DNA of 64,000 nt from an uncultured Acidobacteriota bacterium (GTDB lineage: Bacteria; Acidobacteriota; Thermoanaerobaculia; Multivoradales; UBA5704): the NCBI GenBank assembly GCA_963770895.1, contig CAVYRF010000002.1:352001-416000 (forward strand), read 5' to 3'. The notes below the pieces were generated by a model. The model was not told the origin of the DNA. It made no database searches and saw only the letters and a list, made by a program, of their open reading frames with translations. This document shows positions 29,128 through 39,951 of the stretch, in pieces. Every line of letters begins with the position of its first letter. The stretch's first letter is position 1. The position numbers and the translations under genes were made by a program.

Positions 29128-30150
29128 TCAATGGCCGGTTGTAAGGACCACCCGGAACCGCGCCTTGCCGCTCATCATGCGCTCGTAGGCCTCGGGCGCG
29201 CGCTCCAGGGGGAAGGTCTCGATCATGGCCCGCACCCCGGTCAGGACGCTGAACGCCAGCGTGTCCTGCGAATCGATCGACGTGCCGGAGGGCCAGCCCT
29301 GGACCGACCGCCGGCCGCCGATGAGCAGCAGCGCGGGCACCGCCAGCGGTTCCATGGCGGCGCCCAGGACGATCAGCTTGCCATCGATGCCCAGGCCGCC
29401 GAGCGCCGCGGTCATCGCGTCGCCGTTGGTCACGGTCGCCAGGATGACCTTGGCGCCGCCCAGGCGGGTCAGCTCGGCGGCGACGTCCGTGGCCTGGCTG
29501 TCGATGTAGTGGGCGGCGCCGAGCTGCCTGGCCAGGGCCTCCTTGTCCGCCCCGCGCGCCACGGCGACGGTGCGCAGGCCCGACCTGGCGGCGAACTGGA
29601 TGCCCAGGTGCCCCAGGCCGCCCACACCGAGCACGGCGACCAGATCGCCCGGTCGCGCGCCGCTGTGGCGCAAGGCGTTGAACATCGTGATCCCGGCACA
29701 CATGAGCGGCCCGGCGTCGGCGGCGGACAGGTCGTCCGGGACCAGCGCCAGGGCGCCGGCGGGAGCGATCATGTAGTCGGCGTAGCCGCCGTCGTAGGTG
29801 ATCCCCGGAATCTGCGGCGCCACCCGGCAGGTGACGAAGTCGCCGCGGCGGCACGAGTCGCAGTGGCCGCAGTGGCCGCCATGCCAGCCCACGCCGACCC
29901 GCTGGCCGGGGTCCCAACCGACGACGCCCGCGCCCACCTCGTCGACGATCCCGGCCACTTCGTGACCCGGCACGCGCGGGTAGGCGATGCCCGGCCAGTG
30001 GCCCTCCTTGGTCAGCGAATCGCTATGGCAGATGCCGCAGGCCTGTACCTTGATCCGCACGGTGCCGGCGCCCGGCCGCGGGATCTCCCGCTCGACAAGC
30101 TGCAGCGGTCCGCCCGCCTGGGGAACTTCAACGACGCGCATCGTGGTCAT
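29128..30150 (-). CDS. Zn-dependent alcohol dehydrogenase (MDR family)
   Basis: Motifs CGICHSD, GHEVAG, CGHCDSC...C, GVGGLG. Confidence 0.93.
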   Translation of the reverse strand: MTTMRVVEVPQAGGPLQLVEREIPRPGAGTVRIKVQACGICHSDSLTKEGHWPGIAYPRVPGHEVAGIVDEVGAGVVGWDPGQRVGVGWHGGHCGHCDSCRRGDFVTCRVAPQIPGITYDGGYADYMIAPAGALALVPDDLSAADAGPLMCAGITMFNALRHSGARPGDLVAVLGVGGLGHLGIQFAARSGLRTVAVARGADKEALARQLGAAHYIDSQATDVAAELTRLGGAKVILATVTNGDAMTAALGGLGIDGKLIVLGAAMEPLAVPALLLIGGRRSVQGWPSGTSIDSQDTLAFSVLTGVRAMIETFPLERAPEAYERMMSGKARFRVVLTTGH

Positions 30151-30169
30151 GGCATCTCCTCTCTCGGGT

Positions 30170-31978
30170 CTATTTGCGGCGGTTGGCGGCCAGGGTGCGC
30201 TTGCGCAGGCGCACCGCCTCGGGGGTCACCTCGACCAGCTCGTCCTCGCGGATGAACTCCAGCGCCTGCTCGAGGTTCATCAGCCGCGGCGGGATCAGGC
30301 GGATCATGTCGTCGGAGCCCGAGGCGCGCATGTTGGAGAGCTTCTTTTCCTTGGTGACGTTGACGTCCAGGTCGTTGCCGCGGGCGTGCTCGCCGATCAC
30401 CATGCCCTCGTACACCTCGTCGCCCGGCGACAGGAAGAGCACGCCGCGCGGCTGCAGGTTCTCGATCGAATAGGCGGTGGCGCGCCCCTGGCGGTCGGCG
30501 ACCAGGGCGCCGGTGGCGCGATGCTCGATGTCGCCCTGCCACGGCTCCCAGCCGTCGAACAGGTGGTTCATGATGCCGGTGCCGCGAGTTTCGGTCAGGA
30601 ACTCGGCGCGGAAACCGATCAGGCCGCGGGACGGGACGCGAAACTCGATGCGCACGCGGCCCGATCCGTGATTGCTCATCTTCATCATGCGGCCGCGGCG
30701 AGCGCCCATCTTCTGCGTCACCACGCCGATGAACTCTTCGGGACAATCGATCACCAGCATCTCCATCGGCTCGTGCAGGCGCCCGTCCACCGTGCGGGTG
30801 ATCGCCTGCGGCTTGCCGACCGACAGCTCGAAACCTTCCCGCCGCATCATTTCGATCAGGATCGCCAGCTGCAGCTCGCCGCGCCCCGAGACGCGGAAGG
30901 CGTCCGCCGTCTCGGTCATGTCGACGCGGATCGAAACGTTGATCAGGCGCTCGCGCTCCAGCCGTTCCTTCAGTTTGCGCGAGGTGACGTGCTTGCCCTC
31001 GCGGCCCGAAAACGGCGAGTCGTTGATCGACAGCACCATGGTGATGGTCGGCTCGTCCACCTGGATCGGCGGCAGCGGCCGGGGATTGTCGCGCTCCGAC
31101 AGGGTTTCGCCGATCTCCATCTCCTCCAGGCCCGCCACCGCCACGATGTCGCCGGGACCGGCCTCGCTCACTTCGACGCGGCGCAGGCCGTCGTAGCCGT
31201 ACAGCACGCTCACCTTGGCCGGCGCCGCCTGACCGTCGAGCCGGCAGAGCGCAATCTCCTGCGCCTTGCGCAGGCGGCCGTTGAAAATGCGGCCGATGGC
31301 CAGCCGCCCCACGTAGTCGTCGTAGTCGAGGGTCGTCACCAGCATCTGCAGCGGCATGGCGGGATCGTAGGACGGCGCCGGCACCGTGCGCAGGATCTCT
31401 TCGAACAGCGGCGCCAGCGTTTCGTCCTCGCCCTGCGGCGTACGCCGGCAGGTGCCGGCGCGGGCGTTGCAATACAGCACGGGGAAATCGAGCTGCTCCT
31501 CGCCGGCTTCCAGGTCGATGAACAGATCGAAGACCTCGTTGAGCACCTCGGCGGGACGGGCGTCGGAGCGGTCGATCTTGTTGATCACGACGATCGGCGG
31601 CAGGTGCGCTTCGAGCGCCTTCTTGAGGACGAAGCGGGTCTGCGGCAGCGGCCCTTCCGACGCGTCCACCAGCAGCAGGACGCCATCCACCATCTTGAGC
31701 GTGCGCTCCACCTCGCCGCCGAAATCGGCGTGGCCCGGCGTGTCGACGATGTTGATGCGGGTGCCGTGATAGAGGATGGCGGTGTTCTTCGCCATGATCG
31801 TGATGCCCTTTTCGCGCTCCAGATCGATCGAATCCATCACCCGCTCCGCCACCGTCTGGTGCTCGCGGAAAATGCCGCTCTGCCACAACATGGCGTCCAC
31901 CAAGGTGGTCTTTCCGTGATCGACGTGGGCGATGATCGCCAGGTTGCGTACGTCGTCGCGTCTCTCGATCCTCTGCAT
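30170..31978 (-). CDS. typA: Translational GTPase TypA/BipA
   Basis: Motifs [52 protein letters not shown]. Confidence 0.97.
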   Translation of the reverse strand: MQRIERRDDVRNLAIIAHVDHGKTTLVDAMLWQSGIFREHQTVAERVMDSIDLEREKGITIMAKNTAILYHGTRINIVDTPGHADFGGEVERTLKMVDGVLLLVDASEGPLPQTRFVLKKALEAHLPPIVVINKIDRSDARPAEVLNEVFDLFIDLEAGEEQLDFPVLYCNARAGTCRRTPQGEDETLAPLFEEILRTVPAPSYDPAMPLQMLVTTLDYDDYVGRLAIGRIFNGRLRKAQEIALCRLDGQAAPAKVSVLYGYDGLRRVEVSEAGPGDIVAVAGLEEMEIGETLSERDNPRPLPPIQVDEPTITMVLSINDSPFSGREGKHVTSRKLKERLERERLINVSIRVDMTETADAFRVSGRGELQLAILIEMMRREGFELSVGKPQAITRTVDGRLHEPMEMLVIDCPEEFIGVVTQKMGARRGRMMKMSNHGSGRVRIEFRVPSRGLIGFRAEFLTETRGTGIMNHLFDGWEPWQGDIEHRATGALVADRQGRATAYSIENLQPRGVLFLSPGDEVYEGMVIGEHARGNDLDVNVTKEKKLSNMRASGSDDMIRLIPPRLMNLEQALEFIREDELVEVTPEAVRLRKRTLAANRRK

Positions 31979-32092
31979 CAGGGCATGACCTCGTCAGGCA
32001 TATGAATGGGTGCGTGCGGACCGGCGGGAAACCGTGCGGCCCCAGGGGGACGGGGAGGATACCACAGGGGCTGGTGGCGATAGGATCGCCGG

Positions 32093-33607
32093 ATGCGTGG
32101 CGCCGCCGCCTTCCTGCTCCTTCTTGCCCTGGCCGGCAGCGGGCCGGCGCCCGCGGCGCCACCGGCATCCCCGGCGGCGCCCGCGCCTGCCGCCGGTGCG
32201 GCACCCGCCGGGCCGGCGCCGCCGCAGGCCGGCGACGAACCGCTGGTGCGCGGGCAGCTGATCCAGACGGTGCACGCCGCCGGTCAGCCCGGCGAAACCT
32301 ACGCGCTGTACCTGCCGGCCGCCTACAGCGCCGACCGGGCCTGGCCGATCGTCTACCTGCTCGACCCGCGCGGGCGGGGCGACCGCGCGGCGCGGCTGTT
32401 CCAGGCCGGCGCCGAGCGCTTCGGCTACTGCCTGGCCAGCTCCTACAACTCGCTGAGCGACGGGCCGCTGGCGCCGACCGTCGCGGCGATGCAGGCGATG
32501 TGGAACGACACCCACCGGCGCCTGCGCCTGGACGACCGCCGCCTCTACGCCGCCGGGTTTTCCGGCACCGTCCGCGCCGCGGTCCTGCTCGGGCTGCGCG
32601 CGCCGGGCACCTTCGCGGCCATCATCGGCGCCGCCGCCGGCTGGCCCGAAGGGCAGCCGCCGACGCGGGACACGGCGCTGCCGTTTTTCGGCACCGTCGG
32701 CAATCACGACTTCAACTACGACGAGATGATGCTGCTGGAGGAGCGCCTGGACGCGCTCGGCTCGCCGCACCACTTCGAGGTCTTCGACGGCACCCATCAA
32801 TGGATGCCGGCCGAGCTGGCGACCGCCGCCCTGGCCTGGGTGACGCTCGGCGCCCTGCGCGCCGGCAGCCACCCCGCCGACCCGGCGCTGGTCGCCGCGC
32901 TGTTCGCGCCGCGCCTGGCCGCGGCGCGCGCCCTTGACGGCGGGCACCTCGACCAGGCGGCACGCGCCTGGCGCCAGCTGGCGGACGACTTTCAGGGTCT
33001 GCTCCCCGCCGCCGACATGGACCCGGTGGCGCACCGCGCCGCCGAGCTGGCGGCGATGCCCGCCGTCGTCGCCGCGGCCAGGCGGCGCGCCGAACGCGTG
33101 CGCGGCGAGCAGCTCGCCACCGCGGCGGCGCTCCATACCCTGGCGGCGGCCCTGGACGACGCGCCCAGCGAGGCGACGTCGCTGCCGCGCCTGCTCGCCG
33201 ATCTGCACCTGGGCGAGCTGCAGGCGCGGGCTCGCTCGAAGACCGATCCCGACGACAGCCTGGCGGCGCAGCGGCAGCTCAACTCCCTGCTGGTGCAGAC
33301 GTCGTTCTACCTGCCGCGCCAATATGCCGCGCACCAGCAGGACGACCGCGCCCTGCTGGCGCTCGCGGTCGCCGCCGAGATCGACCCGCACGACGCCGAC
33401 ACCTGGTACCAGAGCGCGGCAGCCAACGCCCGCCTGGGGCGCCGCCGCCAGGCGCTCAAGATGCTGGAGCGGGCGGCGGACGCCGGCTTCGGCGACGCCG
33501 ACCGGCTGGCCAACGACGCCGACTTTGCACCGCTGCGGGGCGATGCCGACTTTGCGCGCCAGCTGGCCCGCGTGCGCGCGGCGGCGGCGGCGCACGGCCC
33601 CGCCTGA
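32093..33607 (+). CDS. Secreted alpha/beta-hydrolase (esterase-like) with C-terminal TPR
   Basis: Signal peptide, YALYLP, nucleophile elbow AGFSG, DGTHQW, C-terminal TPR WYQSAAANARLG. Confidence 0.75.
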   Translation: MRGAAAFLLLLALAGSGPAPAAPPASPAAPAPAAGAAPAGPAPPQAGDEPLVRGQLIQTVHAAGQPGETYALYLPAAYSADRAWPIVYLLDPRGRGDRAARLFQAGAERFGYCLASSYNSLSDGPLAPTVAAMQAMWNDTHRRLRLDDRRLYAAGFSGTVRAAVLLGLRAPGTFAAIIGAAAGWPEGQPPTRDTALPFFGTVGNHDFNYDEMMLLEERLDALGSPHHFEVFDGTHQWMPAELATAALAWVTLGALRAGSHPADPALVAALFAPRLAAARALDGGHLDQAARAWRQLADDFQGLLPAADMDPVAHRAAELAAMPAVVAAARRRAERVRGEQLATAAALHTLAAALDDAPSEATSLPRLLADLHLGELQARARSKTDPDDSLAAQRQLNSLLVQTSFYLPRQYAAHQQDDRALLALAVAAEIDPHDADTWYQSAAANARLGRRRQALKMLERAADAGFGDADRLANDADFAPLRGDADFARQLARVRAAAAAHGPA

Positions 33608-33709
33608 GAGTCCTCTGGTCGTCCGCGCGCCTGGCGCGGCTCGCGGTCCGGCCGCGGGGCCGCGGAGCCGCGCATGGATCTTGCTTCCAGCGGGAGGGCT
33701 CGTTCGCCC

Positions 33710-35197
33710 ATGACAACGCGAAACATCATCTGCTGCCTGCTCCTGTGCGCCGCCGCCGGCCTGGCGACGGCGCCTGCCCAGGCCGAGGAAACCCTGTCCT
33801 ACGGCCGTTTTGGCGTGGTGACCCTGTACCACGACACACCCCACCCGCGGCACGTGGTGCTGTTCTTTTCCGGCGACGGCGGCTGGAACCTGGGCGTGGT
33901 CGATATGGCACGTACCCTGGCGAAAATGGACGCCCTGGTCGTCGGCATCAACCTGCCGCGCTACCTGAAGGCCTTCGACGCGGCGGGCGGCAGCTGCTCC
34001 TACCCCGCCAGCGACGTCGAGCTGCTCAGCAAGTACGTCCAGAAAAAGCTCGGCTTCCCCACCTATACCCCGCCGGTCCTGGTCGGCTACTCGTCGGGCG
34101 CCACCCTGGTCTACGCCCTGCTGGTGGAGGCGCCGCCCAACACCTTCGCGGGCGCGATCAGCATGGGCTTCTGCCCCGACCTGCCGCTCAAGAAGCCGAT
34201 GTGCGCCGGCCACGGCCTCACCTGGGGCCCCGGCCCCAAGGGCAAGGGCGTCAGCTTCAAGCCCACCGCCACCCTGGAGCAGCCGTGGATCGCCTTCCAG
34301 GGGACGATCGACCAGGTCTGCTCGCCCCAGGACGTCGCGGCCTACGTGCGCCAGGTGAAAAACGGCGAAGCGGTGATGCTGCCCAAGGTCGGCCACGGCT
34401 TTTCGGTGACCGCCAACTGGGAGCCGCAGTTCAAGGCGGCGTTCCTCAAGCTGACGGCGGCCGCTGCCACCCCGGCTGCGCCGCCCCCACCACCGGCCGC
34501 ACCGGCGGCACCTCCCGCGGCCGCCGCGGGCGCCAGGCCGGGCCTGCCCGCGGCCGCGCCGCCGCCGGTGGGCGACCTGCCGCTGATCGAGATGCCCGCC
34601 AAGACGCCGGCCGGCAACATGCTGGCGATCATCGTCTCGGGTGACGGCGGCTGGGCCGGCATCGACCGCGAAGTGGGCACCGACCTGAGCGCCAAGGGCA
34701 TACCGGTCGTGGGCCTCAACTCGCTGCAGTATTTCTGGAGCGCCAAAAACCCCGACGTCGCCGCCGCCGACCTGCAGCGCATCGCGCGCCACTACCTGGC
34801 GGTATGGGGCCGCGAGCAGCTGCTGCTGGTCGGCTACTCGCTCGGCGCCGACGTGCTGCCCTTCATGGTGGACCGGCTGCCGGCAGACCTGCAGAACCGC
34901 ATCCGCCTGATCGCGCTGCTCGGGCCGAGCCTGCGCACCAGCTTCGAGTTCCACGTCGGCGACTGGCTGGGCGCCGGCGACGGCGGCGACCTGCCGGTGC
35001 TGCCCGAAGTCGGCAAGCTGCGCGGCCGGCCGCTGCTCTGCCTCTACGGCCAGGACGAAACCGACAGCCTGTGCACCCGCATCGGCGCCCTGGGCAAGGC
35101 CGTCGCCTTCCAGGGCTCCCATCACTTCAACGGCGCCTATTCGTCGCTGGCCGAGCGCATCCTGCACGAAGCGCAAACCGCGGGCGGCGCCAAATGA
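33710..35197 (+). CDS. AcvB/VirJ family protein (lysyl-phosphatidylglycerol hydrolase-like), two-domain
   Basis: SGDGGW twice, GYSSGA, GYSLGADVLP, SLQYFW, GSHHF; signal peptide. Confidence 0.9.
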   Translation: MTTRNIICCLLLCAAAGLATAPAQAEETLSYGRFGVVTLYHDTPHPRHVVLFFSGDGGWNLGVVDMARTLAKMDALVVGINLPRYLKAFDAAGGSCSYPASDVELLSKYVQKKLGFPTYTPPVLVGYSSGATLVYALLVEAPPNTFAGAISMGFCPDLPLKKPMCAGHGLTWGPGPKGKGVSFKPTATLEQPWIAFQGTIDQVCSPQDVAAYVRQVKNGEAVMLPKVGHGFSVTANWEPQFKAAFLKLTAAAATPAAPPPPPAAPAAPPAAAAGARPGLPAAAPPPVGDLPLIEMPAKTPAGNMLAIIVSGDGGWAGIDREVGTDLSAKGIPVVGLNSLQYFWSAKNPDVAAADLQRIARHYLAVWGREQLLLVGYSLGADVLPFMVDRLPADLQNRIRLIALLGPSLRTSFEFHVGDWLGAGDGGDLPVLPEVGKLRGRPLLCLYGQDETDSLCTRIGALGKAVAFQGSHHFNGAYSSLAERILHEAQTAGGAK

Positions 35198-38100
35198 GGA
35201 GGACCAGGATGGGGTCGACCCGACGGAGCTTCGGCGGCACCTTCACCGCGGCGCTCGTGGCGAGCGCGGCGCTGGCAGCGGTTGCGGCGGGAGTAGCCGG
35301 CGCGGCGACTCCGGGGACGCCGGCGGCCCCGGCGGTGGCGGCAGCCCCGACGCCCAAGGCGGCGCACGCCGCGCCGGCCCCGCCGCCCGCCGCGGCCGTC
35401 GAGCATCAGACCTACGGCCGCTTCGGCCAGGTTTCGATCTACCGCCACGGCAGCCAGCCGGCAGGCATCGTGGTGCTGGTGTCGGACGACGAAGGCTGGG
35501 ACGGCCGCGCCGACGAGATGGCGCGCGACCTCGAATCGGTCAACACCCTGGTCATCGGCCTCGACCTGCCCTACTACGAGCGCCGCTCCGAACGCCTCAC
35601 CCAGGACTGCTCCTACCCCGCCGGCGACTTCGAGATGCTGTCGAAGCTGGTGCAAAAGAAGCTCGACCTGCCGACCTATACGCCCCCCATCGTCGCCGGC
35701 ATCGGCAGCGGCGCCACCCTCGCCTATGGCGCCCTGGCCCAGGCGCCCAGCGGCACCTTCGCCGGCGCCATCAGCCTGGGCTTCTGCCCGCGGCTCGAAG
35801 AGGCGCACCCGCTCTGCACCGGCCGCGGCCTGGTCAGCAAGGCCCTGCCGGGAGGCGAATCCTTCCGCCTCGAACCGATCGCCAGCGTCGATCAGCCCTG
35901 GCTGCTGGTGCCGCCCCTGCCGGCGCCAGGCGAAACCGCGCAATGCGGCGACCCCACCACTCCCGAAGCCTTCGCCGCCAAGGTGAAGGGCGCCGTGGTG
36001 ATCGCGCCGCCCAAGAAGAACGGCAAGAAGGAAGCGGCGGCCGACCTGCGCGCCGGCTCGGGCCTCAAGCAGGCCTTCCTGCGGGCGGTGAACACCACCG
36101 ACCTGTCGGTCCCGCCGGCGACGCCGGTGCGCCGGAAGGTGGCCGACCTCCCCATCCTGGAGCTGCCGGTGCCGGGCACCACCGGCGACACCCTGGCGGT
36201 CGTCGTCTCGGGCGACGGCGGCTGGACGGGGCTCGATCGCGACGTCGCCAGCGAGCTCGCCACCCAGGGGTTTCCGGTCGTCGGCATCAACTCGCTGCAG
36301 TACTTCTGGACGCCGCGCACCCCCGAAAGCGCCGCCGCCGACCTGGCCCGCATCCTGCGCGCCTACATGCCGGCCTGGAACCGCAAGGACTTCATGCTGG
36401 TCGGCTACTCGCTGGGCGCCGAAGTCCTGCCCTTCATGGCCGCGCGGCTGCCCGCCGACCTGCAATCCAAGCTCAAGCTGGTGGCGATGATCGGCCCCAC
36501 CCGCACCACCAGCTTCAAGTTCGAGCTCAGCGAATGGCTGGGCCATGGCGGCGGCGAAAATCGCCCCGTCCTGCCGGAAGTCATCAAGCTCAAAGGCAAG
36601 GCCGCGGTCGCCTGCATCTTCGGCGCCTCCGAGAAGGCCACCAGCCTCTGCCCCATCCTCGGCAACGCCGGCACGCCCATCGCCCTCAAGGGCGCCCACT
36701 ACCTGGGCAACAACCCGCAGGCGGTCACCTACCAGATCGTGCACGCCATGCCTGCCGCCGCGCCGCCACCCCCGCCGCCGGCCAAGCCCGACGAAGGCAC
36801 GACCAAAAAGCCCCAGCACCCGGCCGCGCCGCCGCCGGGAAGCGCGCCGGCGCCGGCCACCGGCAACGGCTCAGGCTCGGGTTCAGGCTCGGGCTCGCAA
36901 GCTCCGACGGTGACCATCGGGAGCGCGCCGGCGAACCGCATCGCCCTGCTGGCCGGCTTCGGCGCCGGGTTGGGCGCCGGTTTCGCCAGCCCCGGCCCCG
37001 CCCCCGGCGGCAAGGCCGTGCCGGCGGCGGCGCCATCGCCCGGCCCCGCCCCGGGTGGCGCCGAGGAGACCACGCAATACGGCCGCTTCGGCACCCTCCA
37101 CCTGGTGCGCCAGCACCCGCACCCCGGCCAGGTCGTGCTGCTCTTCTCCGGCGAGCAGGGCTGGGACGCCACCGCCGCGGCCATGGCGCAGGGCTTTGCG
37201 GCGCGCGACTTCCTGGCCGTGGGCATCGACACCGCCCACTACCTGGGAAAGGTCGCGGCGCAGCACGACAGCTGCGCCTACACCGCGGGCAGCCTGGAAA
37301 ACCTCAGCAAGGTGGTGCAGAAGCGGCTCGCCTTCCCGCGCTACGTCCATCCCGTCGTGGCCGGCTTCGGCGGCGGCGCCGCGCTCGCCTACGGCGCGCT
37401 CGCCCAGGCGCCGCCCAATACCTTCCAGGGCGGCATCGGCCTGGATTTCTGCCCCCTGCTGCCGGCCGGGCAGACCCTCTGTCCAGGCCACGGCCTGGCC
37501 GAGCGCAAGACGGCCAAGGGGGCGTTCGAACTGCTCCCCGGAAAGGGCCTGTTGCAGCCATGGATCGCCCTGCAGCCGGCGGCCACCAATCCGTCCTGCC
37601 CCGCCGCCACCGGCACCGCCATCGCGGCGCTGGCCACCGCGGCGCCCGGAGGCGCGGCGCTCACCCTGGCCGCGGCGGACCGCACCCTCAGCCAGCCGGC
37701 GCAGTGGCTAGGCGACCTGCGCCAGGCGATCGACCGCCTGCTGACGCGCGCCGCCCTGCCCACCGCCACCGCCGGCGTGCACGAGGTCGCAGGCTCGCCC
37801 GCTCTCCCCGACCTGCCGGTCATCGAGATGACCGGCGACACCGCCGCCGGCAAGGGTGCCGATCCCGCCGGCGCAGGCAGCGGCAACGCAACGGGCGGCG
37901 GCGCAAGCGGCGGCGGCGCGTCCGCCAAGCCGCTGGTCGTGGTGCTCTCCGGCGACGGCGGCTGGACCGGCGTCGATCGCGAAGTCGGCAAGATCCTGGC
38001 AGGCCGCGACGGCATGCCCGTCGTCGGCCTCGATTCGCTCAGCTACTTCTGGAACGGCCGCACCCCCGCCGCCGCGGCGGCGGACCTGGCGCGCGTCCTG

Positions 38101-38517
38101 CGCCACTACCTGGCGGCCTGGAAGCGCGACCAGGTGGTGCTCGTCGGCTACTCGCTGGGCGCCGACGTGCTCCCCTTCCTGACCAGCCGCCTGCCCGCCG
38201 ACCTGCTCGCCAAGGTGCGCCTGGTCGCCCTGCTGGGTCCCAGCCACACCACGCCCTTTGACATCCGGGTCAAGGACGACAAAGCCACCGAGCTGCCCGT
38301 CCTGCCCGAGATCGCCAAGCTGAGCGGCCGGCCCCTGCTCTGCCTGGGCGGCGAAGGCGAAGCCGACAGCCTCTGCCCAGAAATCGCCCAGCGCGGCCTG
38401 GGCCAGGCCGTCGAGCTGCGCGGCTCGCACGCCTTCGACGGCGACTACGCCACCCTCGCCTCCCACATCGCCCGCGCCGTCCACGCCCCACCCCACGCCG
38501 GCCGCACCGGGGCCTGA
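35194..38517 (+). CDS. Tandem double AcvB/VirJ protein (four hydrolase modules, ~1107 aa)
   Basis: ATGA overlap with the previous gene. Two complete AcvB units (YGRFG...FCP...SGDGGW...GYSLGA) joined by a Pro/Gly-Ser linker. Confidence 0.85.
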   Translation: MRRTRMGSTRRSFGGTFTAALVASAALAAVAAGVAGAATPGTPAAPAVAAAPTPKAAHAAPAPPPAAAVEHQTYGRFGQVSIYRHGSQPAGIVVLVSDDEGWDGRADEMARDLESVNTLVIGLDLPYYERRSERLTQDCSYPAGDFEMLSKLVQKKLDLPTYTPPIVAGIGSGATLAYGALAQAPSGTFAGAISLGFCPRLEEAHPLCTGRGLVSKALPGGESFRLEPIASVDQPWLLVPPLPAPGETAQCGDPTTPEAFAAKVKGAVVIAPPKKNGKKEAAADLRAGSGLKQAFLRAVNTTDLSVPPATPVRRKVADLPILELPVPGTTGDTLAVVVSGDGGWTGLDRDVASELATQGFPVVGINSLQYFWTPRTPESAAADLARILRAYMPAWNRKDFMLVGYSLGAEVLPFMAARLPADLQSKLKLVAMIGPTRTTSFKFELSEWLGHGGGENRPVLPEVIKLKGKAAVACIFGASEKATSLCPILGNAGTPIALKGAHYLGNNPQAVTYQIVHAMPAAAPPPPPPAKPDEGTTKKPQHPAAPPPGSAPAPATGNGSGSGSGSGSQAPTVTIGSAPANRIALLAGFGAGLGAGFASPGPAPGGKAVPAAAPSPGPAPGGAEETTQYGRFGTLHLVRQHPHPGQVVLLFSGEQGWDATAAAMAQGFAARDFLAVGIDTAHYLGKVAAQHDSCAYTAGSLENLSKVVQKRLAFPRYVHPVVAGFGGGAALAYGALAQAPPNTFQGGIGLDFCPLLPAGQTLCPGHGLAERKTAKGAFELLPGKGLLQPWIALQPAATNPSCPAATGTAIAALATAAPGGAALTLAAADRTLSQPAQWLGDLRQAIDRLLTRAALPTATAGVHEVAGSPALPDLPVIEMTGDTAAGKGADPAGAGSGNATGGGASGGGASAKPLVVVLSGDGGWTGVDREVGKILAGRDGMPVVGLDSLSYFWNGRTPAAAAADLARVLRHYLAAWKRDQVVLVGYSLGADVLPFLTSRLPADLLAKVRLVALLGPSHTTPFDIRVKDDKATELPVLPEIAKLSGRPLLCLGGEGEADSLCPEIAQRGLGQAVELRGSHAFDGDYATLASHIARAVHAPPHAGRTGA

Positions 38518-38521
38518 CGGC

Positions 38522-39445
38522 ATGGCGGGCAGCCGCCGCACCCTGCTCGCCCTGCACGGGCTCTTCTACGCGGTCTTCGTGCCGCGGGCACTCCTGCGGT
38601 GGGGCCCGCCCCTCTGGCGGGCAGCCACCGGAGACCGGCCCGCCGCGGGGGTCGCTGGCCAAGGCAGCGCCCTGCCGCAGAGCAGCGCGTCGACGCCGGG
38701 CGCCCTCACCTCGACCGCAGCGAGGCCCGGCGCCGGTGCCGCCGCCGCCGGAGACGCCAGCTCCCAAGCCGCCCATTGGGTGCCACTCGCCCTGCACGGC
38801 GTGGCGATGGGGCTGCTCTACCTGAGCATCCTCCGCGCTCGCGGGCCACAGCCGGAGCGCCGCCGCAACCCATCGCCAGCAGCGGGATCGGCTGCCAGGG
38901 AAGGGGAGCGGAAGGGCACGGCCGACCGCGAGCAGTCAGCGCTCAGCCAGGGAGCGAGTGGAAGCGGCAGGGGCCACGCCGCCATTCACCAAACCGCAGA
39001 CAGCGGCCACCGGGACGCAGAGTGGCGGGCGGCAAGCGCCTGGCGCCTGAGCGCAGTGCGCAGGGAAGAACACGGCGAGCGCCTGGTCATTTTGCGCCAG
39101 GCCGCAGGCAGCGCAACCGTCCTGGCGAGCGCAGGCCTGGCGGCATGGACGCTGGCGGTGTTTCGCTCCTGGCGGCTGCTGCCGCGGATCGAAGACCAGC
39201 ACGAACTGTGCACCGCCGGCCCGTTCCGCTGGGTGCGCCATCCGATCTACCTGGCCATGGACCTGCTTGCGGCCGGCACCTGGCTGTGGCTGCCCACCGC
39301 GCCAGTGGCGGCCTCGGCGGTGCTGGTGGCAGTGGCCGGCGATGTGCGAGGCCGCGGCGAAGAACGGCAGCTGGCCGCCGCCTTCGGGAGCGCTTACGAT
39401 CGCTACCGGCGGCGCGTGCGGCGCTTCGTGCCTGGTCTGTATTGA
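38522..39445 (+). CDS. Isoprenylcysteine carboxyl methyltransferase/PEMT family membrane protein
   Basis: Motifs HELCTAGPFRWVRHPIYL and EERQLAAAFGSAYDRYRRRV. Confidence 0.82.
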   Translation: MAGSRRTLLALHGLFYAVFVPRALLRWGPPLWRAATGDRPAAGVAGQGSALPQSSASTPGALTSTAARPGAGAAAAGDASSQAAHWVPLALHGVAMGLLYLSILRARGPQPERRRNPSPAAGSAAREGERKGTADREQSALSQGASGSGRGHAAIHQTADSGHRDAEWRAASAWRLSAVRREEHGERLVILRQAAGSATVLASAGLAAWTLAVFRSWRLLPRIEDQHELCTAGPFRWVRHPIYLAMDLLAAGTWLWLPTAPVAASAVLVAVAGDVRGRGEERQLAAAFGSAYDRYRRRVRRFVPGLY

Positions 39446-39479
39446 CGGCAGGACGCCTACCGCCCAAGCCGCAACCAGC

Positions 39480-39776
39480 TCAGCTGGAAGCAGGCGGTTC
39501 TTCCATCCCCACCGCGAACATCCGCTCCAGGTTGTAACGCGAGAAAGCACGGAACGCGATCAAGGTCTCCGTGCGCACGATGCCGTCGATCTTGAGCATG
39601 CGAGTGGTCACCGCCGTGGCAATGCCCTCGTTGTCCCGCACCCGAGCCACCGCCACCAGGTCGTACTGCCCGGCGACCGAATACACCTCGGTGATCCCCG
39701 GCAGCTCCACCAGCTGCTCCGCAACCTCATTGACCTTCGACTTCTCCACCACCAAAAGGATGACGGCGCTAACCAT
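39480..39776 (-). CDS. Stand-alone Lrp/AsnC ligand-binding (RAM) domain protein
   Basis: GITEVYSVAGQYDLVA...IDGIVRTETLI; no HTH domain. Confidence 0.85.
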   Translation of the reverse strand: MVSAVILLVVEKSKVNEVAEQLVELPGITEVYSVAGQYDLVAVARVRDNEGIATAVTTRMLKIDGIVRTETLIAFRAFSRYNLERMFAVGMEEPPASS

Positions 39777-39951
39777 GACGGGCTCTCCCCCGGCGGCACG
39801 CGATCCCAGGCGCCGGTATTCCCTCAGCAACTATATCCAATCGCAGCCCGCCGGTTTGCCCACCCAGCCTGTCCGCCGGTCGCCTTGCATGCGGCAGCGC
39901 CGTGCCCCCGTCCAACCTGGGCGACCATTCACGGAATGGTAGATTCCCGCC

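Noticed and set aside
27662-29917. 751-aa version of secreted paralogue B
   Set aside because: The upstream part overlaps the ADH gene out of frame; the signal peptide and RBS point to 28984.
29987-35176. 672-aa, 685-aa and 1060-aa overlapping ORFs
   Set aside because: Shadow or alternate frames of typA, the esterase and acvB.
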